Assembly: GCA_945906965.1 (NCBI GenBank)
Contig: CAMDRP010000001.1
Span: forward strand, 32,908-96,907
Source: Opitutus sp. GAS368
Lineage (GTDB): Bacteria; Verrucomicrobiota; Verrucomicrobiia; Opitutales; Opitutaceae
Direction of reading: 5' to 3'
Length of the DNA: 64,000 nt
Position numbers and translations under genes: made by a program. This document shows, piece by piece, positions 1-7,477 of this stretch (its first letter is position 1; each line of letters begins with the position of its first letter). The notes beneath the pieces were generated by a model that did no database searches, was not told the DNA's origin, and saw nothing but the letters and a program-made list of their open reading frames with translations.

Positions 1-243
1 GATGTGGCCCACGAAGTCGCCCGCGCGCAGGAACTCGAACTCTTGACCCACGCCATCCAGTCCCTTCCAACCCGTTGCCGCCAGATCATCACGCTGCGCC
101 GCATCTATGGGCTTCCACAAAAGGAAGTTGCGGCCCAGCTTGGATTGTCCGAACACACCGTCGAAGCCCAGGCTTCGATTGGGCTCAGAAAACTAACCGA
201 ATATTTCGCGCGGTTTGAACGTCCGCGCCCGCTCGGACGATGA
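1..243 (+). CDS. ECF-type RNA polymerase sigma factor, C-terminal fragment (5' end lies outside the window)
   Basis: The reading frame is open from base 1. The tail LPTRCRQIITLRRIYGLPQKEVAAQLGLSEHTVEAQASIGLRKL is a sigma-70 region 4 helix-turn-helix. Its stop overlaps the next start (ATGA at 240-243). It is followed by FecR-like and TonB-dependent transducer genes. Confidence 0.8.
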   Translation, partial: DVAHEVARAQELELLTHAIQSLPTRCRQIITLRRIYGLPQKEVAAQLGLSEHTVEAQASIGLRKLTEYFARFERPRPLGR

Positions 244-1286
244 ATTCGTCCTCAGAACATCACGCGGAGGGCGTAGCCAGCGCGGCCGCCAGTTGGGTGC
301 TGCGGCATGACCGTGGCCTGACGCCCGCGGAACAAGATGAATTTCTCCACTGGCTCACCCAGGATCCGAGTCACAGTTTTCAATTCACCCGGCATCGCCA
401 GAACTGGCAACGCCTTGAGGTACTCGCTCACTGGCGAACCGAACATAGCACCCGGCCCAATCCCGATTTGCTCGCCCCTCCTCGCAAACAACTGCTGCGA
501 TTCGCGCCTATGCTAGCCTTGGCGGCTGCGGCGGTTGTTGCGGCCGTTTTTATTTCAACAAACCCGGCGAATGCGCCCGCGACTCTCCCTGTCGCAACAC
601 TCGTCACTCCGAGCTCAAACATCGTAACCCAGCGAATACTTGAGGATGGAACCATCGTAGAGTTGAACCAAGGGACGGTGATGAGGGTCCATTTTACCAG
701 GACTGAGCGGCGCGTGAGTCTCGAACAAGGTGAAGCGCATTTTACCGTCACCAAGAATCCATCGCGGCCATTTATTGTCACCGCGCGCGGCATGGATGTT
801 TTTGCCGTTGGGACTGCGTTTAATGTCCGCCTAGACCAAGTCGTGGTTGAAGTACTCGTCACCGAGGGCCGCGTGCGCGTAAGCGAAGCCACCGACGGGG
901 CCACTCCGGCGAGCGCAGCTCTGGCGGACAAAGCGCCGGTCGTACCACTATTGCAGGCCGGTCAACGCGCCGTGGTGTCACTATCGGCCCAACCCGTCGC
1001 CCCACAGATTGCCACGCTGACTCCTGGCGAAATCGAGCGCGTGCTCGCTTGGCAACACCGGTTGCTGGACTTCACGGCGGCCCCGATGTCCGAAGTGGTC
1101 GCGGCATTTAATCGGCGAAACCACATTCAATTGGTCTTGGTCGATCCCCAGCTCGCCGAAATTCGCATCAGTGCGACCTTCCGCTCGGATAATATCGAAG
1201 GCTTTGTAAGCCTTGTCGAAATGGGCTTTAGCACGCGCGCCGAGCGTCTCGGTGATAAGGAAATCAGGCTTCATCAGGCCCGTTAA
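240..1286 (+). CDS. FecR-family transmembrane anti-sigma factor
   Basis: 348 aa. It has an N-terminal cytoplasmic segment, a single TM helix (MLALAAAAVVAAVFIS) and a periplasmic FecR-like domain. It is translationally coupled to the upstream ECF sigma gene. Confidence 0.85.
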   Translation: MNSSSEHHAEGVASAAASWVLRHDRGLTPAEQDEFLHWLTQDPSHSFQFTRHRQNWQRLEVLAHWRTEHSTRPNPDLLAPPRKQLLRFAPMLALAAAAVVAAVFISTNPANAPATLPVATLVTPSSNIVTQRILEDGTIVELNQGTVMRVHFTRTERRVSLEQGEAHFTVTKNPSRPFIVTARGMDVFAVGTAFNVRLDQVVVEVLVTEGRVRVSEATDGATPASAALADKAPVVPLLQAGQRAVVSLSAQPVAPQIATLTPGEIERVLAWQHRLLDFTAAPMSEVVAAFNRRNHIQLVLVDPQLAEIRISATFRSDNIEGFVSLVEMGFSTRAERLGDKEIRLHQAR

Positions 1287-1412
1287 CTCGCACCTAGGCG
1301 GTGGGCGCCTTAAAATCGTGAGAAGAATGAAATAAAATTTAACGGAAATATTCAGTTGAAGCATCTGTGTTGGTGATACCTGCCAACTTGGACTCGATGC
1401 ACCCCTCATTTC

Positions 1413-4400
1413 ATGCACCCAACCGGTGTTTTTACATTACTGTCTCGGCTCATGGGGAAATTTCTCGCGCTCATCCTTGCATTAACCTGTCCCGTCGAGG
1501 CGATGGGCTCAGTCCCAAACACGGTCATCAAGTTCGATCTGCCTGCGGGAGATGCGGCGGAGACTTTCAAGCAGTTCAGCGTCCAAGCCAAACGAGAAAT
1601 CTTATTTCCGGTCGCCGCCGTCACCGGCGTGACGACCAACGCCGTGCAGGGGCCGCTGTCCGTCCGCGATGCCCTCACCCGCATGATTTCTGATACCGGA
1701 CTAAGCGTCGTCGAAGACGCCCAATCCGGAGCGATCATGATTTTTTTCGCTTCGCTACCCAAGTCCCCCGGTTCAGCTCAAACTCAAGCCACCCCTGCTA
1801 CACCCATTTCCAAGCCCGATTCTACCAAACCTATGAAGCCCAAAAACCTCATGGCGGTGCTCAGCGCGCTGCTCACTGTCCTCAACGCGCCGGCTCAAAC
1901 CGCCCCTACGACCAAGCGCCCAAGCGATACCTCAAACGAGATCGTGAAACTCGAGAGCTTTAGCGTCTCCGGTTCCCTGATCGCCGGAGCGAGCACGTTC
2001 ACTTCGCCGACTCCGGTACTCGTCGTGGATCAAACCACCCTGCTCGCCGCCGCTCCGATCAATCTCGCGGACGGTTTGAAACAACTGCCCTCGCTCGCTC
2101 CCGGTGGCGGACAAACTGTCGGCGGTGGCACGGGGAACAACAGCGCCAATTTTCTGAATCTGCGGGGACTCGGCGTCACGCGCACGCTGACGCTTTTGGA
2201 CGGCCGCCGCTTCACCCCCAGCGGCCCGACCGGGCAGGTTGACGTTAACCTGTTGCCGCAAGGCCTGGTGGACCGGGTGGACGTCGTGAACGGCGGCGCC
2301 TCGGCGGCTTATGGTTCCGATGCCGTCGGCGGGGTCGTGAACTTTGTGCTCAACAAGGAATTTGTTGGCTTCAAATCGGATTTCCTCCTCGGCCAGTCGC
2401 AGAAGGGCGATAATCAGGAATATAAGGGTTCGGTCACCTTCGGGACTAAATATCTCAACGGCCGCGGCCATCTCATTTTCAGCGGCGAGTATGTGGAGAG
2501 CAAAGGCGTGAACGGCGACGGACGTGATTTTCGGCGCGAAGAATCGAATCAAATCCCCGAACCGGGCAATACGACCAAGGTGATCCGCGCGACCGACATC
2601 CGCTCGCCGTTCACGCCTGGCGGGCACATCATCAACGGCGCGGGCGGCACCGCCGCCAACAACGCGCTCATCCGCGGTATCAAGTTTGGCCCCGGCGGCA
2701 CCCAGAGCCCTTACGATTATGGCCGCCTCTCGACCACGATCGGTACCGCGAACGGTTTTCAGAGCGGTGGTGACGGCTTCCGCATCGGCACCTCCCAGGA
2801 GATTGTGCGCCCGCTCACACGCCAAAATTTTTTCCTACGGAACGATTTTAAGCTGCTCGAAAACCTCTCGTTCTTTGTTGAAGGCGGTTTCAGCGAAACG
2901 CAAATGAACCAGCAGAACAGCCCGACCACGCACCTGCTCACCATCCGCAGTGACAATGCTTTTCTCAATCGGGCCGCGCCCGACTTGGTCGCGCGCATGA
3001 CCGCGCTCGGCGTGACTTCGTTCACGATGAACCGCCTCACCCTCGAACGCGGGCTGACGGTGTCCAAGGTCAACGACCAAAACCGGCGCGTGTTAGTCGG
3101 GTTCAACGTAAAAATCGGCGACTGGGACTGGGAGACTTCGCTCCAATCAGGCACGAACGACATCAGTATTCCGATCGAAAACAATCTCATCAGTGCGCGG
3201 ATGGCGGTCGCCGCCGATGCGATTCTAGTCGGTGGACAAATTGTGCCCCGCGCGGCGGCCGCCAATCCAGGCAGCGTGGCCTTCAATCCGTTTGGGGCCG
3301 GATCGCCTTCGGCGGCGGCCTTAGACTACGTCATGGGCACCACGCAGTTTGAAGAAACCTCCTCGCAGGAGGTGGTTGAAACGAAGTTCACTGGCAGCGT
3401 TTTCAACCTGCCGGCAGGCCCCGTGGCCGTCGCCGCCGGGGCGCATTGGCGCAAGCTGGAGTCCACCACCACGACCGACGCCCTCTCGATCGCCGGCGCC
3501 TATCGGTTGGCGAACAACCAGCCATTCACGGGCAAGTATACGATCATGGAAGAGTTCGCCGAAACGCAGATTCCACTGCTGAAGGATTTGCCGCTCGTGA
3601 AGAAGCTCACGGCCAGTCTCGCCTTCCGGCACGCCGATTACTCGACCAGCGGCGTAGCCGATTCGTGGAAGGCCGGAGCTGTTTGGCAGCTCAACGCTGA
3701 CCTGCGCTTCCGGGCCTCGCGCTCCCGCGACATCCGTGCGCCCAACATTAACGAACTCTTCTCCGGCGGCCGTCAGACCAACGGCAACATCTCGGACAAT
3801 TTTGCCGGCGGGACGGGCCTGACGTTTCAGGGCGTACCCAACATCAATAGCGGCAATCCGAATCTGAAACCTGAGGTAGCCGACTCGACCGTCGTAGGCT
3901 TTGTCTACCAACCGATGTGGCTGCAAGGCGCCAGTTTCGCGGTGGATTTCTACACCACGGAAATTGCCGACGCGATTTTCTTGGCCGGCGGCCAAGACGC
4001 CGTGCGCGAGTGCTCGATCAATCCGTCGTCGCCGCTTTGCTCCTTCGTGACGCGCGGCCCGACCTCGGCCAGCCCGCGGGCGATCATCCAGACGCGGACC
4101 TCCTCGGTTAATCTCAATTCCGAGTTTTCGCGCGGCGTTGATTTTGAGGCCAGTTACCGGATTCCGCTTAACACGTGGTTTGCCGACGTGCGCCCCGGTA
4201 ATCTCACGGTGCGCGCAATCGCCGGTTACATCGACGAGTATTCCCGCGTATCGCCCCTTACTCCGACCCGAATCAATTTGGCCGGCAACGGTCTCGCGAA
4301 TGCCGGATCGGGCACAGCGGCGTTACCGCGCATTCGGGGTAACCTCTCGTTCAGTCACTCGCGCAACGCCTTCTCCAGCTTCCTCCAGATGCGCTATATC

Positions 4401-4676
4401 GGTCGGATGACTTGGGACAAAACTCGGATCTTAGGCGTGACGACCGACTACAACGACGTTCCATCGACCGCATATTTCGACGGCCAATTGACCTATCGGT
4501 TGCCCAAGATTCGGCAGGGTTGGAATTCGGAGATCTACCTCAACGTCGCCAACCTACTCGACCGCGATCCCACCTACGCGCCGCGCAGCACTGGGGCGAC
4601 CCCGATGCCGACCGACCCCGGTTTGTTTGATCAAGTCGGCCGGATGTTCCGCGTCGGCCTCAAGACCCAGTTCTAA
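1413..4676 (+). CDS. TonB-dependent receptor/transducer with an N-terminal STN signalling domain
   Basis: 1087 aa. It has an N-terminal signal peptide, an STN-like segment (VIKFDLPAGDAAETFKQFSVQAKREILF...), a plug (NFLNLRGLGVTRTLTLLDGRR) and a long beta-barrel ending in a terminal F (RVGLKTQF). Confidence 0.9.
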   Translation: MHPTGVFTLLSRLMGKFLALILALTCPVEAMGSVPNTVIKFDLPAGDAAETFKQFSVQAKREILFPVAAVTGVTTNAVQGPLSVRDALTRMISDTGLSVVEDAQSGAIMIFFASLPKSPGSAQTQATPATPISKPDSTKPMKPKNLMAVLSALLTVLNAPAQTAPTTKRPSDTSNEIVKLESFSVSGSLIAGASTFTSPTPVLVVDQTTLLAAAPINLADGLKQLPSLAPGGGQTVGGGTGNNSANFLNLRGLGVTRTLTLLDGRRFTPSGPTGQVDVNLLPQGLVDRVDVVNGGASAAYGSDAVGGVVNFVLNKEFVGFKSDFLLGQSQKGDNQEYKGSVTFGTKYLNGRGHLIFSGEYVESKGVNGDGRDFRREESNQIPEPGNTTKVIRATDIRSPFTPGGHIINGAGGTAANNALIRGIKFGPGGTQSPYDYGRLSTTIGTANGFQSGGDGFRIGTSQEIVRPLTRQNFFLRNDFKLLENLSFFVEGGFSETQMNQQNSPTTHLLTIRSDNAFLNRAAPDLVARMTALGVTSFTMNRLTLERGLTVSKVNDQNRRVLVGFNVKIGDWDWETSLQSGTNDISIPIENNLISARMAVAADAILVGGQIVPRAAAANPGSVAFNPFGAGSPSAAALDYVMGTTQFEETSSQEVVETKFTGSVFNLPAGPVAVAAGAHWRKLESTTTTDALSIAGAYRLANNQPFTGKYTIMEEFAETQIPLLKDLPLVKKLTASLAFRHADYSTSGVADSWKAGAVWQLNADLRFRASRSRDIRAPNINELFSGGRQTNGNISDNFAGGTGLTFQGVPNINSGNPNLKPEVADSTVVGFVYQPMWLQGASFAVDFYTTEIADAIFLAGGQDAVRECSINPSSPLCSFVTRGPTSASPRAIIQTRTSSVNLNSEFSRGVDFEASYRIPLNTWFADVRPGNLTVRAIAGYIDEYSRVSPLTPTRINLAGNGLANAGSGTAALPRIRGNLSFSHSRNAFSSFLQMRYIGRMTWDKTRILGVTTDYNDVPSTAYFDGQLTYRLPKIRQGWNSEIYLNVANLLDRDPTYAPRSTGATPMPTDPGLFDQVGRMFRVGLKTQF

Positions 4677-4686
4677 GCACCTCAGA

Positions 4687-4738
4687 TCGGCGCCGGCCTC
4701 GCCCAGCGAGTTTACTTTGCCGGCGCCGAACTTTTGTT
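4687..4738 (+). terminator. Candidate intrinsic terminator after the TonB-dependent receptor
   Basis: 11-bp stem TCGGCGCCGGC (4687-4697) / GCCGGCGCCGA (4719-4729), followed by ACTTTTGTT. The loop is long (21 nt), which lowers confidence. Confidence 0.45.
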
Positions 4739-4769
4739 AGGGTTTCTCATTGAGCCACCGGCTTACGCC

Positions 4770-5489
4770 ATGATCATCCCTCGCCACAACCGCCAGAAAG
4801 TAGTCTCAATATTGATTTCGTGCGGTCGAGGGATGTTCATCGCTCTAGGTTTGAGTTTTAATTTGGCTCATCCGCTCCCCGCAGTCGAAACCGCAACTCC
4901 TTCACGCGCCACCTCAGCCGCTGAATTCCGCCAACGACTCCCCCTCGTCTTGGCCAATCGCCCTAGCTTGGGCTCCGCTGAAGCGCCCATCGTCGTTGTC
5001 GAAGTCTCTAGCTTCAAATGTACGCATTGCCGTAAATTTCACGAAAACGTCTTCCCTCGGCTGATTGAGCGCTACATCAATCCTGGCCTCGTCCAGTGGG
5101 TCGTGCTGAATGCGTCCGACGATCCTTCCGATCAGTTTAGTAAAATTTTCGACATCGCCCGCTGCGCCCACCAACAGGGCAAATATTGGGCCATGCTCGA
5201 CGGCCTCTTCCAAGTCGCCCATCGCGCCCCCAGCATGCTCGAGTCGCTGGTCGCCAAGAGCCCACATATAAACCGCGCCGAACTCGACCTATGCCTGCGC
5301 GAACGCTCTACCCGCAACGCCGTAGCGGCTGATTTCTCGCTCTATGCCCGGCTCAAACTCAAAGGCACGCCGACTTTTCTGATTTGGAAAATGGGCCCAA
5401 ATGGCCAGACTGTAGAAACCTCAATCGCAGGCGCCCAAACGCTGGATCAGTTTCAGCAGGTCTTTGATGCGTTACTGAAAACGTCTTAA
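4770..5489 (+). CDS. DsbA-family thiol:disulfide oxidoreductase, membrane-anchored or secreted
   Basis: Thioredoxin-fold CxxC motif (SSFKCTHCRKFHE). I chose the ATG at 4770, which gives MIIPRHNRQK plus a hydrophobic segment, because the listed TTG at 4734 lies inside the upstream terminator tail. The start remains uncertain; 4833 is an alternative. Confidence 0.7.
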   Translation: MIIPRHNRQKVVSILISCGRGMFIALGLSFNLAHPLPAVETATPSRATSAAEFRQRLPLVLANRPSLGSAEAPIVVVEVSSFKCTHCRKFHENVFPRLIERYINPGLVQWVVLNASDDPSDQFSKIFDIARCAHQQGKYWAMLDGLFQVAHRAPSMLESLVAKSPHINRAELDLCLRERSTRNAVAADFSLYARLKLKGTPTFLIWKMGPNGQTVETSIAGAQTLDQFQQVFDALLKTS

Positions 5490-5491
5490 CC

Positions 5492-5671
5492 ATGCGATCG
5501 CTTTTCAACGCACTGCGGTACTCGCTTCGATATAAATCGCTGTTTCGTCTGATGGTTTTGAGCCTAGTCGCGCTGGCCCTTGGACTTGCCCTCGATTGGT
5601 TTCGCCCCGCGCAACGCCTCGTGTTCCCCCGCCCTCTTCCAGTTTTTAAAACGACTCTGTCCGTTTCTTGA
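5492..5671 (+). CDS. Small single-TM membrane peptide (59 aa), hypothetical
   Basis: ATG at 5492 lies 2 nt after the DsbA-like stop. I translated 59 codons by hand (MRSLFNALRYSLRYKSLFRLMVLSLVALALGLALDWFRPAQRLVFPRPLPVFKTTLSVS). Its TGA overlaps the TTG start of the next ORF (TTGA, 5668-5671). It falls below the 60-aa cutoff of the ORF track. Confidence 0.35.
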   Translation: MRSLFNALRYSLRYKSLFRLMVLSLVALALGLALDWFRPAQRLVFPRPLPVFKTTLSVS

Positions 5672-6144
5672 AATCGGCCCTAAAACTTCTGCAGCGATCT
5701 TCACCTCAGTTGCTTCTGGCTTTACGCTGCTCGCTCGGATCGGTATTTTGCCTCGCGGCGGTTTTTAAAATTTTCGACCCCATCGGTTTTCATGCCGATC
5801 TCCTCGCCTACGAATTAGCGATGCCCGATTTCCTGAGTCGACTCATAGCGGTCGCATTTCCCTGCCTCGAGTTAATTTGCGGGGTCGGTTTGATCCTCGG
5901 TTTTTGGCGAGAGAGCGTGGGTTTACTCGCCGTCGTCATGTCTTCGATTTTTGTGCTGATGCTGGCGCAAGCTATGGCCCGTGGATTGGATTTAAACTGC
6001 GGGTGCTTTGGCTCCGCTCGCGGTCATTGGTTTAATCTCCCCGCCATAGCTCTAGGCCGGGCCTTGATTATGCTTTGGATATCAATCTGGCTGCAAAGCC
6101 GAACGCTCCCAACCCCTGCTGTGTCGGCTAAAGACAACATTTAA
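5668..6144 (+). CDS. MauE/DoxX-like four-TM membrane protein
   Basis: 158 aa with four hydrophobic helices and a loop motif LDLNCGCFGS. As I recall, that motif is typical of the MauE (methylamine utilisation protein E)-like family. The start is TTG. Confidence 0.6.
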   Translation: MKSALKLLQRSSPQLLLALRCSLGSVFCLAAVFKIFDPIGFHADLLAYELAMPDFLSRLIAVAFPCLELICGVGLILGFWRESVGLLAVVMSSIFVLMLAQAMARGLDLNCGCFGSARGHWFNLPAIALGRALIMLWISIWLQSRTLPTPAVSAKDNI

Positions 6145-6152
6145 TTCCTATC

Positions 6153-7442
6153 ATGTCTCTTGCTCAATCCAGCCGCGTTGCACCGAATCCCTTTGCTCCG
6201 CGCAAGTCTCCGTTCGCGTTCATCACGCAGATTTCCCTGGCGCAGTGGATGCTGCTCGCAGCCCTCGGTGGCATCGCGTTTGGCTTCCTCGCTCCACAAG
6301 CAGCAGGACACCTGAAATTCATCAGCGATATTTTTCTGCGTTTGATTCGCGCCATCATTGCTCCGGTCCTGTTTGGCGTTTTGGTGCGCGCAGTCGGTGG
6401 CATAGGCGGCATGCGCGATCTGGGGCGTTTGGGTTGGAAGTCGTTTCTGTACTTTGAGGTCGCGACCACCGTGGCGCTGCTGCTCGGTTGGTTTGCCGCA
6501 GTTGTTTTTCAGCCCGGTGCACATGTGACGTTAGCGACGCAAGCGGTTCCAGCCGCTCAAAAACTTTCGTTTCTCGACGTCTTCGTGAATGCGTTTCCGA
6601 CCAGCATCGTTGATGCAATGGCTCGGGGTGATGTGCTGCAGATCGTGGTTTTTAGTTTTCTCTTCGGTGTGGCATGCTTGTCCGCAGGTGAGCGGGCCAA
6701 GCCGGTTTTAGCGTTAGCGGACGCGGTTGTCGGAGTGGCGTTCCGATTTACTCACTTGATCATGTATCTGGCGCCACTCGCCGTGTTCGCGGCGATTTCG
6801 GGCACGGTCGCTTCTAGTGGCTTGGACGTCTTAGTCGGATTATTTCGCCTTTTTATCGCAGCCTGGGGAGCTGAGCTGCTGTTTTTAATTCTATTTCTCG
6901 GAGGTTCACTCGCTCTATTCGGAGTTCCGCTCCGCCGATTTGTGCACTTTGTGCGAGAACCTTTCCTCATCGCTTTTAGCACAACCTCTAGCGCGGCGGC
7001 TTTGCCTCAGACGCTAGAAAACATGGAGCGCTTTGGTGTGCCCAGTCGTATTCTAGGTGTCGTTGCGCCTTTGAGCCTCAGTCTGAATTTGTGCGGGAGC
7101 ACGCTGTTCCTCGGACTCGCCACGTTGTTTGTCGCTCAGGCGGCCCAGGTCCCGCTCTCGTTTGATCAACAATTGTTGATTTTGCTCACATTGAAGCTAA
7201 CCAGCAAGGGCGTTGCCGGTATTCCCCGCGCCAATTTTGTCGTACTCACCGCTTTATTTCAAAGTTTCGGTTTACCGATGGAAGGACTCGGACTGCTCCT
7301 CGGAATCGATGCGCTGATCGATCCCATACGAACCAGCGTCAATGTCTTGGGGCATTGCGCAGCACCGACTGTAGTCGCGCGCTGGGAGGGAGTTTCATTT
7401 CCTAAAAATCTCGAGCCCGCAGAGCCTGATTCGCAAAAATAA
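6153..7442 (+). CDS. Dicarboxylate/amino acid:cation symporter (DAACS family, GltP/DctA-like)
   Basis: 429 aa polytopic protein. Family-typical stretches include IFLRLIRAIIAPVLFGVLV and AFSTTSSAAALPQTLE. Confidence 0.85.
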   Translation: MSLAQSSRVAPNPFAPRKSPFAFITQISLAQWMLLAALGGIAFGFLAPQAAGHLKFISDIFLRLIRAIIAPVLFGVLVRAVGGIGGMRDLGRLGWKSFLYFEVATTVALLLGWFAAVVFQPGAHVTLATQAVPAAQKLSFLDVFVNAFPTSIVDAMARGDVLQIVVFSFLFGVACLSAGERAKPVLALADAVVGVAFRFTHLIMYLAPLAVFAAISGTVASSGLDVLVGLFRLFIAAWGAELLFLILFLGGSLALFGVPLRRFVHFVREPFLIAFSTTSSAAALPQTLENMERFGVPSRILGVVAPLSLSLNLCGSTLFLGLATLFVAQAAQVPLSFDQQLLILLTLKLTSKGVAGIPRANFVVLTALFQSFGLPMEGLGLLLGIDALIDPIRTSVNVLGHCAAPTVVARWEGVSFPKNLEPAEPDSQK

Positions 7443-7477
7443 GCCCTGGGTCCCACGCGATCTTTCCGGAGCCACTC

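Noticed and set aside
1344-1349. Candidate ECF (FecI-type) promoter -35-like GGAAAT, 64 nt upstream of the TonB-dependent receptor start.
   Set aside because: I could not find a convincing CGTC-type -10 element at 16-17 nt spacing (the sequence there is CTGTGT). It is too speculative to list as a feature without TSS data.
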